From assembly GCA_944358695.1 (NCBI GenBank), contig CALVRM010000013.1, positions 18,566-82,565 of the forward strand: a stretch of DNA of 64,000 nucleotides. Reading direction: 5' to 3'. Source of the stretch: an uncultured Bacilli bacterium (GTDB lineage: Bacteria; Bacillota_I; Bacilli_A; RF39; UBA660). Positions within the stretch are counted from its first letter, which is position 1. The number at the start of each line of letters is the position of its first letter. The notes under the pieces are model-generated. The model was not told the DNA's origin. It made no database searches and worked only from the letters and a program-made list of their open reading frames with translations. Shown here one piece after another: positions 40,760-49,995 of this stretch. The position numbers and the translations under genes are program-made.

Positions 40760-41428
40760 TTAAAGCTTATTATTATTTTTAGTTTTTATTTTGACAATTA
40801 TAAAGGTAATTGATAATATTAATACTACAATTAAGACTATCACCATAAGTTGATAATTTGGAGCCTCTTTAATGACTTCTTCTAGACTAACTGGTTTTTT
40901 TATTTCTAAATTGATAGGCTTGTTTTCATAATTATTTTCATTTATATTCCATGTATAGGTATTACCACTAACTTTATCAGCATTATGCGATTGTACTTTT
41001 AATTTTGTAGTAATATTAATATCAACCTTTTCAAGAGAAGCACCATCTTCCATTTTGATACAGTTAAATTGATCGCTAGTCGATAAAGTAATGGTTTCTT
41101 CAGTGCTATTTAATTTTACAGTTTGATAACACTTTTTAACAAACATGCTTTGGGCAAACATTTCGTGGCTATGTGAATATTCATATGTTAAATAATAATT
41201 ATCATTGTCTTCTGATAAGTCGCTTGTGTATACTGCACTATTACTGTCTGATGGATATACTTTGTTTCCAAGCTGCAAATATGGTTTTAATTGATCTTGG
41301 CTAATTGTTTCTCTAGGAATAGCAACTTCAACCTTTTCATTTATTGACGATTCATCAATCGTTAAATTATACTGAGCTGTACACCCGGTAATCAAAAATA
41401 TCAAAATAAATAGTAATATTTTTTTCAT
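40760..41428 (-). CDS. Hypothetical lipoprotein with a C-terminal TM anchor
   Basis: MKKILLFILIFLITGCTAQ lipobox and a C-terminal LMVIVLIVVLILSITFIIV. The ORF-track start at 41449 adds 7 aa. Confidence 0.55.
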   Translation of the reverse strand: MKKILLFILIFLITGCTAQYNLTIDESSINEKVEVAIPRETISQDQLKPYLQLGNKVYPSDSNSAVYTSDLSEDNDNYYLTYEYSHSHEMFAQSMFVKKCYQTVKLNSTEETITLSTSDQFNCIKMEDGASLEKVDINITTKLKVQSHNADKVSGNTYTWNINENNYENKPINLEIKKPVSLEEVIKEAPNYQLMVIVLIVVLILSITFIIVKIKTKNNNKL

Positions 41429-41451
41429 TTCATCACCTTCATCAATCAAAT

Positions 41452-42108
41452 TTACCCAGTATAATGTCTGTAAGTTTCGTTTCCATAAACCCAGCCATTA
41501 AACTCAAGTAGGGAAACTTCCCTAACAACGTCCCCGAAAGTTGGAGCATGAATAACAGTGCCTTCTCCACTATAAATTCCAACATGGCTAGGGTTTAAAC
41601 CACCATCTAAAATAATATCACCAGCTGAAAGTTCATTTACGGATAAAACCGTAGTAAAATGGGTATCCGTCATCTGCAGTCCAGTATAATGGCCTATTTC
41701 TACGCTTAAGGCTTGACGATAGCAATATGTAACTAGTCCTGAACAGTCAAAAGAGTCAGGACCTTCTGCACCCCATACATATGGTTTCCCAATTTGCTCA
41801 CGGGCACAATTAACGACTCCGGAGGCACTAGTCCCTCCTACTGTTGAAGACGATGAGGTCGATTGTGATTCGGCTAACGGATCAACTGCTTGCATAATGC
41901 CTAATGATTGAGTAGATCCTTGAGAAAATAGAGGTACTGCTACCAAAAACCCAGCCATTACAGCAGCTCCACCACCTATTAGAGCCATTTTAGCTATACC
42001 GATTGATGCTGGTGCAGCTAATACGCCATCTTTAATCGCACTGCCTGTGCCAATGCCTTTTAAAATATTCTTTGCTTTTAATAAAAATCCCGGCACAGAT
42101 ATCACCAC
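41452..42108 (-). CDS. Membrane-associated NlpC/P60 (C40) peptidoglycan endopeptidase
   Basis: CAREQIGKPYVWGAEGPDSFDCSGLVTYCY ... SHVGIYSG ... HA, the Cys-His-His triad. N-terminal hydrophobic segments. Confidence 0.8.
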   Translation of the reverse strand: MVISVPGFLLKAKNILKGIGTGSAIKDGVLAAPASIGIAKMALIGGGAAVMAGFLVAVPLFSQGSTQSLGIMQAVDPLAESQSTSSSSTVGGTSASGVVNCAREQIGKPYVWGAEGPDSFDCSGLVTYCYRQALSVEIGHYTGLQMTDTHFTTVLSVNELSAGDIILDGGLNPSHVGIYSGEGTVIHAPTFGDVVREVSLLEFNGWVYGNETYRHYTG

Positions 42109-42114
42109 CTATTT

Positions 42115-43899
42115 TTATAATCCGCCGCCACTACCAAAAGAGTCTAATTCTTGTTCGGTTACAACGACATTAATAGTCATTCGTTTACTACCACAAACAA
42201 ATAATGCTTCTCCTTGATTGAAACCTTTGATATTTTCTTTTTCATTGTCATTTAAATCAATTAATTTAGCTAGATCTTCAACAGCTTGTTTTTTTAATCC
42301 CATAACAAGATAATAAGAAGCGTTATCGAAAATGGCTTTTCCTTGCGTAATAACTGTTGGATCACTAAAGTCTGTTGGCTGTTGGGTAATAATTATAGTT
42401 CCTGTATTATATTTTCTAGCACGTCTTTGAACTTGAGCTAAGAAATCTGCACCTAATGTATTATTTCCAGATAATAACACATGGGCTTCATCAACCATTA
42501 ACACAGTGTTTACAGTTGGATTTAACGTTAAACTCCAAGAATACTTTAAAGTATTGAAGAACAAAGCATTTCTAATGTTAGTATCGGCGTTCATTAATTC
42601 TTTAATATTAAAGATAATAAAATTGCTTTGCGGAGAAATGGTTGTTATTCCATCAAAATAATATCTTAACTCTTTGATAATTGGTCTTAATTTTAATTCT
42701 AATTGTTCTAACATATCGCGTTCTTTATTTTGATCAGGCATGGCTGTAATTTTACCTCTAACGGTTGCATAAACATCTTTAAAAGTTGGATAATCAGCTG
42801 ATGAAAACTTACTAAAGTCAGTATCAAAGTCGATTCCAAAACGTCTATATGTTTCTTGGACCATCTCACTAAATATATTTAATACATCTTCAGTAATAGA
42901 AGGGTCATAATATTTCATAAAAGCTTTTATGGTCTGAAGGGTTCTAGTTAATACAGCATATCCCATACCTTGTCTTAACTCTTCTTCATCAGCATCGACA
43001 ATAACTTCTAAAGGGTTAATCATACCAAATTCTCCACCCTTACCTAGTTCAATATAATCACCACCATAAAGTTTGGCCATATCTTCAAACTCGCCCTCAG
43101 GGTCGATAATAACAATTTGATTATCATTTCTAATATGAGTTCGCACCATTACTTTAGCGGCTGTTGATTTACCTGATCCTGATGTACCTAAGATAATCAT
43201 GTTGGCATTATTTCGATTGTGTTCTTTTTGTTTTTGATATAAAAATTGGTTAAACAAAACAACACCACCAGAAAAGTCAACACCCAATAGAGTTGATAAG
43301 CCTGGATCCTTTATACTATCAAATATAAATGGATACATGGCAGCAATTGTCGGTGATGGAATTGGCGTTCCTATTCTATCTTCAATGTCTTGTTTTGGGA
43401 AAATTGGCAACATTGATTTTAACACTTTTTCTTGTTCAAAGCGCAAGGGAATAGCTCGCATATCCATAGCTTCCAAATAACTTTTTACTTGAAGCTTTTT
43501 AGAAGTTAATTCGTCTTGCGAGTCCGCGGTGATCATAATGTGTAATTGAAAATCCCAAATTCTCGCTTGACTTGCTGCTAATTGTTTAATAAATAGTTCT
43601 AAAGACTCATAGTCCTGTCTTAATCTTTCTTGAATTGTAACATCGTTTTCTTCTTGATACTTTGATTTTAAATCAGCAATTTCTTTATTTATCATTTTAT
43701 TGATAACATCAAAAGGCATAGGAAGATGTTTAATAACCATCTTAATGCCTGACATACTTGTTAAATTAGCTAAAAAGCCAGGAGCAACATATTTTGGATA
43801 AGAAATGGCGGTTAAAATTGTTGCATATTTATCTGATACAACAAACTCACTAGGCTTAAATTCCAAGCCTTTAGGAGCGATTTGTGTTTTAATATCCAT
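42115..43899 (-). CDS. VirB4-like conjugative ATPase, C-terminal NTPase portion of a split gene
   Basis: Walker A ILGTSGSGKSTAAK and Walker B VLMVDEAHVLL. 594 aa. Confidence 0.85.
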   Translation of the reverse strand: MDIKTQIAPKGLEFKPSEFVVSDKYATILTAISYPKYVAPGFLANLTSMSGIKMVIKHLPMPFDVINKMINKEIADLKSKYQEENDVTIQERLRQDYESLELFIKQLAASQARIWDFQLHIMITADSQDELTSKKLQVKSYLEAMDMRAIPLRFEQEKVLKSMLPIFPKQDIEDRIGTPIPSPTIAAMYPFIFDSIKDPGLSTLLGVDFSGGVVLFNQFLYQKQKEHNRNNANMIILGTSGSGKSTAAKVMVRTHIRNDNQIVIIDPEGEFEDMAKLYGGDYIELGKGGEFGMINPLEVIVDADEEELRQGMGYAVLTRTLQTIKAFMKYYDPSITEDVLNIFSEMVQETYRRFGIDFDTDFSKFSSADYPTFKDVYATVRGKITAMPDQNKERDMLEQLELKLRPIIKELRYYFDGITTISPQSNFIIFNIKELMNADTNIRNALFFNTLKYSWSLTLNPTVNTVLMVDEAHVLLSGNNTLGADFLAQVQRRARKYNTGTIIITQQPTDFSDPTVITQGKAIFDNASYYLVMGLKKQAVEDLAKLIDLNDNEKENIKGFNQGEALFVCGSKRMTINVVVTEQELDSFGSGGGL

Positions 43900-44510
43900 T
43901 AGCCGATCACCGTCCCAAATTTAGTCGTTTGTCCACCATTTAAGAAATTATCCAAAATTACTCTTAAATCTTCATTTGAGGTTTGTTTTGTTTGCAATCC
44001 GGCATTAGCAAAATTTTGGATTAATGTTCTTATCCTTTTTTGAATTTTTTCAATGTCTTTTTCTTTAAATAATAAATAAAATTCCGTATCAACAACATTA
44101 TTGTTAGTAAACATATTAGCTTTATTAATGTCATCTATTATTAATTTTCTCTTTACTGGATTTTGCTGAGAATTATAAAGCAATTGTAATTGTGATAGAT
44201 ACGCTGTAATATCCACTGGTCTATCAGCAGCAACAATCCAAAATTCATAATCAATCATATTATAAACGTTTTTTAAATTATTAATAATTGAGTATTGCAT
44301 ATCTGGTTCTAGGATAAAGATATTTCTTGGAAATATCTTTACTCCTGTAACCTTTTCATTTGTATCAAGAACAATCATACCATTAGAAATTGACTTTATT
44401 GGTACAAAATCATTGGTATATTTACTTTTTGTTTGTTTCTTTGAGGGCATCGGACACGCACCAACCTTTCCATATATATCTTTGCCTTGTAGTATAAAAG
44501 TGATATACAT
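43899..44510 (-). CDS. VirB4 N-terminal domain ORF, overlapping the next ORF through TAATG
   Basis: ...VPIKSISNGMIVLDTNEKVTGVKIFPRNIFILEPDMQ... matches the N-terminus of Gram-positive VirB4 homologs. 203 aa + 594 aa gives ~800 aa, the usual VirB4 length. Its stop TAA shares an A with the downstream ATG. Confidence 0.6.
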   Translation of the reverse strand: MYITFILQGKDIYGKVGACPMPSKKQTKSKYTNDFVPIKSISNGMIVLDTNEKVTGVKIFPRNIFILEPDMQYSIINNLKNVYNMIDYEFWIVAADRPVDITAYLSQLQLLYNSQQNPVKRKLIIDDINKANMFTNNNVVDTEFYLLFKEKDIEKIQKRIRTLIQNFANAGLQTKQTSNEDLRVILDNFLNGGQTTKFGTVIG

Positions 44511-44742
44511 CTTGTATAACTGTTTTAATATTGTGATAATTTGGTATTGGTAATACTAGAAAACCGGTAATCACGGCTGGAGCTAAATCAATTACAGCTC
44601 CCAGCAATGATGTAGGATTTATAACTACCAATAATAAAATTGTTATTCCAACTCCTGTGGCAAACATTATCAAATCGAAGGTTGTAAATACTCCGAAAAT
44701 TAAACTTGATTTTTTTGAGTTTGCTGGTATTAAATAATCCAT
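44422..44742 (-). CDS. VirB3-like small membrane protein (Tn916 Orf17/ConD-like)
   Basis: 106 aa with two TM helices, immediately upstream of VirB4. Confidence 0.5.
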   Translation of the reverse strand: MDYLIPANSKKSSLIFGVFTTFDLIMFATGVGITILLLVVINPTSLLGAVIDLAPAVITGFLVLPIPNYHNIKTVIQDVYHFYTTRQRYIWKGWCVSDALKETNKK

Positions 44743-44759
44743 CTATATCATCCCCTTTT

Positions 44760-46946
44760 TTATTGTCTATTTTTTGTATTAGATTTTTGGAAACCGACTC
44801 TACTTTGTCTTTCTCTATACCCTTCCTGTTCAGCGTTATCACGGAAATTATCACTAGTTTGTAGCTTGTCTGAGGCTTTTGAGGCATCAGTGGCAAGTTT
44901 TAATGCTTTTTCATAACTATCGATGACACTACCATCATATGTAGCACTATCCATATTTGTATTCTCTGAACTTTGTCTATTCATTGATTCTAAAGAGTTA
45001 GTACCGATTCCCAATTTTAAAGCCTCGTCACCAAACTTAATTTGATTTTCTTTCAAATCTTTACATGCCTTTTTATAATTATCGTAAGCTGTTTCTTGTT
45101 CACTTTCTGAAAGATTATTTTTTATTGAATCCTCATAACGTTTTTTCATAGCTTGCTCTTGAAATTGAAAATATTCTAAGTTGTGCCCTTTCCCATCCAA
45201 GTCTATTTTTCTTCCGGCGTCAGTATGAGAAAAGTCTTCATGAGCCTTTTTCATCGCCTCAAAGTCTTCAGTAGTTTGTTTGTATTTTGCAACCTTTTGA
45301 GAATCAAGAAAGGAATCATAAGGGGTTCCTGTTATGTCTGACCATCTATCTCTAGCCCTGTTACGCAAAGATTTATTGTTCCTTTCCATCATATTCCAAG
45401 CTGTACGTCCTCCTTGGGAAACACCTTTTCCTACATATCCTTTGCCTTGACTAGTAAAACCTTTAACGGTTCCACCTACAGCCCCAGAAAGCGTTCCCCC
45501 GACAATATCACGAGCACCTTTTAAAGCTCCTAAAGCGCCTTTACCTTTATATAATTGCCTAGCCATTCCAGCGGTTGAAATGGCTGAAGCTCCTAAACCA
45601 GCGGCTCCACCAATTAGTGCAGTTGCTCCAGCGTTTTGACTTATAGATTTAAATGGATTAAGTGACATTTCTCCTGATCCTTTTATACCAAAGATAGTTT
45701 CGATCATTTTTGGAACTTGTTTTGCAAATGTAAACACACCCAAAATTAAGAACACATATACAAAAACATTCATTGTAGATGCATTGGCTGAATCTTGGAC
45801 ATTCCCATTTGCATCGCTCAGATAGTAAGATATATAATTATCATCATCAGGCCAGAAGAACATTGAAGTAATCATTTCAACAATTCTTATGGCAAGGAAA
45901 ATTATTGCAATTCTTAAAAATAAGGAACCATATGTAGTTAAACAATTTTTTGCCCAATTCATTAATTTACTATTGCCGGCCGATTCTTTTGGATCAATAT
46001 ATGAAATAATGGCAATTGGAGCAACAGCTTGTAAAAATAATAATTTTATCGCCCTAGCAGCCACATCTATGCAAAACGTTATCAATAAAAAAGCTAAATA
46101 GCCACCAGTCAAAGTTGATACTAACGGATAATAAGTTATGGTGAATTCTGTATCGGCTTCTTTTTGCCAATAAAGTAATCCGCCTAATTTACTAAAATCA
46201 CGGTGATCCTCAATGTTTGCATGATTTTCATCTTCACCGCTAGGTATGTATTTGAAAATGTCTTCTAATTGTATTTTATACCTTGTGAATTCATCTCGCG
46301 CATCTTCTGCAAACGCCTCTAAGCAAGTTCGGTTTCCTTCTTCTTGAGGTTCAGCTAATACCATATCTACTGATCCTATAATATTTGAATTTTTCCCAGT
46401 GCTCTTTGGATCACACTCTGGTATTCCCACGTCTGCCTTTGTATTCAGTGTATAAAACGCACCAAAAAGCGAAAATTGCAAATCCTTGGCCATATTTGTT
46501 ATATTGTCAGTAATTGTAATTTGGTTATTTTCATTTGTACTTATATAGTCTTCAGATTCCGAACCTAATAACAAATTATTAATAACGTTACTCCCTACAA
46601 TTAATCCTTGCAATTCATAGGCTTTGTCAAATATAAATGGCGTTGCTGCTAACAAAACAATAGAAACCATAGCATTCGTGATTAATTTTCCGAAACCCTT
46701 GCCTTTTTCGCTAAAAGCATTAGGATCAACCATATATTGAATAATAGAAAAACTAACCTTAAACAGCATAAATATACCTAAGATTAAGTAAACTCGCGTT
46801 ACCAGTTCATCAAAAACACTATTATGTGAAATAAGGTCAACGTTAGCTAAATACATGAATAATTCATAAACCTTCTCAATTAGTGAATAGACAATGTTAT
46901 CTAAGAAAAAGCAAATTTGTCTTAGTTGCTGCATAATCCATGTCAT
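44760..46946 (-). CDS. VirB6-like polytopic channel protein (TcpH/ConG/Orf15-like)
   Basis: 728 aa with ≥6 TM helices in the first 400 aa and a Gly-rich then charged C-terminal domain. It lies between VirB2-like and VirB3/VirB4 genes. Confidence 0.6.
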   Translation of the reverse strand: MTWIMQQLRQICFFLDNIVYSLIEKVYELFMYLANVDLISHNSVFDELVTRVYLILGIFMLFKVSFSIIQYMVDPNAFSEKGKGFGKLITNAMVSIVLLAATPFIFDKAYELQGLIVGSNVINNLLLGSESEDYISTNENNQITITDNITNMAKDLQFSLFGAFYTLNTKADVGIPECDPKSTGKNSNIIGSVDMVLAEPQEEGNRTCLEAFAEDARDEFTRYKIQLEDIFKYIPSGEDENHANIEDHRDFSKLGGLLYWQKEADTEFTITYYPLVSTLTGGYLAFLLITFCIDVAARAIKLLFLQAVAPIAIISYIDPKESAGNSKLMNWAKNCLTTYGSLFLRIAIIFLAIRIVEMITSMFFWPDDDNYISYYLSDANGNVQDSANASTMNVFVYVFLILGVFTFAKQVPKMIETIFGIKGSGEMSLNPFKSISQNAGATALIGGAAGLGASAISTAGMARQLYKGKGALGALKGARDIVGGTLSGAVGGTVKGFTSQGKGYVGKGVSQGGRTAWNMMERNNKSLRNRARDRWSDITGTPYDSFLDSQKVAKYKQTTEDFEAMKKAHEDFSHTDAGRKIDLDGKGHNLEYFQFQEQAMKKRYEDSIKNNLSESEQETAYDNYKKACKDLKENQIKFGDEALKLGIGTNSLESMNRQSSENTNMDSATYDGSVIDSYEKALKLATDASKASDKLQTSDNFRDNAEQEGYRERQSRVGFQKSNTKNRQ

Positions 46947-46974
46947 ATTATAAAATCACCTCTTTTTCGTGTTA

Positions 46975-47919
46975 TTATTTTACCACTTTACATAGTGGGT
47001 CGCCATTATCCCCAATGACAACTTTATTGTCTTCAATAACATAGTTGTTGTTGTTTACGACGTTTAAAATAAACGTTATAATTTGTGGTAATAACAGTAA
47101 AACAACTACACATATAATTCTTATTAAAGTGTGCTTCAAAGCGGACTTTACACCGTCCTCTTCGCTGCCAGTAACTGCTTTTATAAATTCTATGGCACTC
47201 ATAATAACCAAAAGAACTACTCCAACAATTGATAAAACAGTAAAAAGAGTAGACAAAAAATCTATTATCGAAGTAGGAATTAAATTACAATTTCCATATT
47301 GATAACCAGGTCCCTCGGGTTTTGCCACTCTAGCCCATTTTCTAATACCTTCTAAATCTGCTTCACCTGAATTAAGCACATTTTTTGAATTGCCGTAATC
47401 ACTAAATTGATCATCACTGTTTGAAATATCATTACCGTTTTCTACATCTGCATCATCTAAAGATAAAGGCCCTCCACTGTTAGCTTTTGCATCTTGAGTA
47501 GCTTCAGAAGAATTAGGAGTTAATGAATATGTATATTGCGTAACAGTGGTTGTGGCACCAGGTATAGTTGGTGGATGTGAGGTGCTTAGCTGTTCAATAT
47601 ATAATGTTGGACATTGATATACATTCGTACTACGCTGATGAAGTGCATCTGCTAACTTTGTAGTATTGTTTACACTACATTTATAGCCTTCACTACCATT
47701 TCCCTCAATTTCACAATCTGTAGCCAACGGACTACTTCCACTTTTAGCCACCGTTATTTTGGCTTTTAAATTATTGCTATTTATTGTAAAACTGTACGTA
47801 CATTTTGCTTTCCCTGTGTTATTAGCCACTTCTGCTTTTGCGTTATCAACATTTACAAAAAACACACTAAAAAATACTATAAAACTTATACATAATGATT
47901 TAATTAATTTCGAGTCCAT
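46975..47919 (-). CDS. Secreted Cys-containing protein with a C-terminal VirB2/TrbC-like pilin module (paralog 3)
   Basis: Signal peptide ...VDNAKA and a ~200-aa extracellular region. The C-terminal ...IVGVVLLVIMSAIEFIKAVTGSEEDGVKSALKHTLIRIICVVVLLLLPQII is homologous to the two small proteins at 48010-48872. Confidence 0.5.
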   Translation of the reverse strand: MDSKLIKSLCISFIVFFSVFFVNVDNAKAEVANNTGKAKCTYSFTINSNNLKAKITVAKSGSSPLATDCEIEGNGSEGYKCSVNNTTKLADALHQRSTNVYQCPTLYIEQLSTSHPPTIPGATTTVTQYTYSLTPNSSEATQDAKANSGGPLSLDDADVENGNDISNSDDQFSDYGNSKNVLNSGEADLEGIRKWARVAKPEGPGYQYGNCNLIPTSIIDFLSTLFTVLSIVGVVLLVIMSAIEFIKAVTGSEEDGVKSALKHTLIRIICVVVLLLLPQIITFILNVVNNNNYVIEDNKVVIGDNGDPLCKVVK

Positions 47920-47967
47920 AATAGCCGCTCCTTATTTTTTGTATTTTTCTACACATACATTATATCA

Positions 47968-48008
47968 TAAAAAAAAGCAACAATAAACGATTATTGCTGT
48001 TTTTTTTA
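47968..48008 (-). terminator. Strong, symmetric Rho-independent terminator after the pilin-like genes, followed by a TGATATAAT promoter
   Basis: A8-GCAACAATAA-ACGA-TTATTGCTG-T8. Confidence 0.65.
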
Positions 48009-48009
48009 A

Positions 48010-48453
48010 TTAATTATCGTCAGAATTATTATCTGTGCTTTCGCTGCTCTTGTTAGTATCGTCTTTATCTTCAGTAGAAACTCCATTAATGAACTTTTTA
48101 CTGCAAGCCCAGATATCACCTGTTGTTTGACCTTCAACATTTGATTGTTTTTCAACTCCAGAAACTAAGTTTACGGCAAGCTGAACGATTGTAACAATTA
48201 AGAATACTAACAAAGCAGAAATTAATCTTGAAACAAAAGATTTTTGATACTTTTTGATATCTTCTTCTTTTTTAGCTACTACGGATTTAGCAAAATCTAA
48301 CATTCCCCAAATAATTAACAATATCGGTACAACGATTTTAATAATTCGAATAATCGTTGCTACTAAATTGAATAATGTATCTGGTACTTCAATTCCGCCA
48401 CATAAAGTAGTATTGGTAGTAGTTTCTTCTAGAACATTTAATAGTTCAAACAT
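48010..48453 (-). CDS. VirB2/TrbC-like pilin-family small membrane protein (paralog 2)
   Basis: 147 aa. ...VPILLIIWGMLDFAKSVVAKKEEDIKKYQKSFVSRLISALLVFLIVTIVQL... shows clear paralogy to 48507-48872. Cys residues flank the TM hairpin. The C-terminal tail is acidic. Confidence 0.55.
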   Translation of the reverse strand: MFELLNVLEETTTNTTLCGGIEVPDTLFNLVATIIRIIKIVVPILLIIWGMLDFAKSVVAKKEEDIKKYQKSFVSRLISALLVFLIVTIVQLAVNLVSGVEKQSNVEGQTTGDIWACSKKFINGVSTEDKDDTNKSSESTDNNSDDN

Positions 48454-48506
48454 TTTATCCCTACTTTCTCTTATAATAAGTGTATTCTTAATACGTTATA
48501 ATATTT

Positions 48507-48872
48507 TTATGCGGGTTTTCCAGTAATAATTTGGCTAGCGCAATCCCAAGCATTTTGGGCTTCGTTACCTTCACCACCAACACTAGCAATGGCAGATACT
48601 ACTAGCTGAACAATTGTAACAATTAGGAAAACAACTAAAGCGGCAATAAATCTTTTCATAAAAGTTTTTTGACCAGCTTTGATTTTATCTTCGTCGCCAC
48701 CAACAGTAGCTTTGGCAAAGTCAATCATACCCCAAATAATTAATAATATTGGTACAGCGATTTGAATAATAACAACTATTAAATGAATTAAATTACCAAC
48801 ACCAGCTGGTATTCCAGAGTCAATTACAGTTGTACAATAATCTCCTGCCTCTAATAAATTTGTTAAACTCAT
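48507..48872 (-). CDS. VirB2/TrbC-like pilin-family small membrane protein (paralog 1)
   Basis: 121 aa. ...VPILLIIWGMIDFAKATVGGDEDKIKAGQKTFMKRFIAALVVFLIVTIVQL.... It has its own TTGACA-17-TATAAT promoter and strong RBS. Confidence 0.55.
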   Translation of the reverse strand: MSLTNLLEAGDYCTTVIDSGIPAGVGNLIHLIVVIIQIAVPILLIIWGMIDFAKATVGGDEDKIKAGQKTFMKRFIAALVVFLIVTIVQLVVSAIASVGGEGNEAQNAWDCASQIITGKPA

Positions 48873-48889
48873 ATAAAAATCCTCCTCTT

Positions 48890-48930
48890 TATGATTATAT
48901 AATACTTTAAAAATTGGGTTTTGTCAACAA
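48890..48930 (-). promoter_or_regulatory. Strong sigma-A-type promoter for the pilin-like genes
   Basis: Minus strand TTGACA-(17 nt)-TATTATATAAT, then RBS AAGAGGAGG. Confidence 0.55.
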
Positions 48931-48952
48931 TTTAACACTCTTATATGTCAAT

Positions 48953-48986
48953 CACTTTAAAAATGGACTTTTACTGAAAAAGTCCA
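48953..48986 (-). terminator. Terminator overlapping the stop codon of the TadZ-like gene
   Basis: Minus strand GGACTTTT-TCAGT-AAAAGTCC followed by ATTTTTAAAG. Confidence 0.45.
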
Positions 48987-49984
48987 AATAAACCTTTTTT
49001 CTTTTCGCTAGTTTCATCGCCTTGCCTAATAAACCCGAGTTTTACTAAAAAGGCATCTAAGGCACTATTAGAATTCTCTTGGTCATATAAAGGTGGGAGA
49101 CTAGCAAATATTTTAGTATTAGTTTCATATTCAAAATCTAAAACATCATGACTGCTTAACATACTTTTATTTAAAACAAGTTTTTTGTTTTTATATTTTT
49201 CAAAAACTCTTGGATTTCTAGCTAAAAGTTTGTTTAACTTAAGTTTTGACGGTTCTACTAAATAAATAATTTCTTGCATTAAGGCTTCAGCTTGATTACT
49301 GTTATTAATATCGACCAAAATAACATCTTTAGAATTATATTTAGAAATATAGTTTCCTAAATCGTTAGAGGCTATACTATACATATTATCATCACCAAAG
49401 TACATAAAATCACGTTTCTCAAGTTCCAAAGCAACAACACTATAATTGCGTTCCAACTGTTTTTTCATAATATAAATTAAACTAGTGGCCCCAGCTTCAT
49501 CAGTTACATTTTTAACACCGATGATTCTAGTGGTATTAGCTTCACGATATACTTCAACAGTTTGCGGTGCTCCGCCGACTGTATAACTAGGTTCATGATA
49601 AGTGTCTAGCTGATGGTACTGAGCTACATCACGGTAGCTATTAGGGTTATTATATAAATACATAACACCCTCAATGTTCATCGTAAAATTATATATACGC
49701 ATGGAAATCAAGTCAGAAAGGTATTCTGGATTGGTGACTTCTGAAGAGCCGTCTAAAAGTAATATCAAACGATCCATATCTAGCGATAAAGACAACTTTT
49801 GTAAAGTTTTGATATCTTTGTAATCTTTTAAAGCGGTGATATCCAAAATCATTCTTTGAAAAAAGAAATTTTTGAATGTTTCAATGATTTCTTCAACTGT
49901 AAATTCACCTTCTAGCTTTTTTATGATATCAATATCTAGCGTAGCTAAAGCATCGCGATATTTATTCGCAATAATTACATTCAT
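48971..49984 (-). CDS. TadZ/CpaE-like protein (receiver-like N-domain + ParA/MinD-like domain with a degenerate P-loop)
   Basis: 337 aa. The central IIGVKNVTDEAGATSLIYIM sits where the deviant Walker A (GGKGGVGKT) would be. Tad ATPase, B, C and pilin genes are adjacent. Confidence 0.4.
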   Translation of the reverse strand: MNVIIANKYRDALATLDIDIIKKLEGEFTVEEIIETFKNFFFQRMILDITALKDYKDIKTLQKLSLSLDMDRLILLLDGSSEVTNPEYLSDLISMRIYNFTMNIEGVMYLYNNPNSYRDVAQYHQLDTYHEPSYTVGGAPQTVEVYREANTTRIIGVKNVTDEAGATSLIYIMKKQLERNYSVVALELEKRDFMYFGDDNMYSIASNDLGNYISKYNSKDVILVDINNSNQAEALMQEIIYLVEPSKLKLNKLLARNPRVFEKYKNKKLVLNKSMLSSHDVLDFEYETNTKIFASLPPLYDQENSNSALDAFLVKLGFIRQGDETSEKKKGLFGLFQ

Positions 49985-49995
49985 ACCATGCCCTC

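Noticed and set aside
44588-44896. 102-aa ORF overlapping both the VirB3-like and VirB6-like genes
   Set aside because: It sits in an alternative frame across two better-supported genes and shows no membrane or secretion features consistent with its context.
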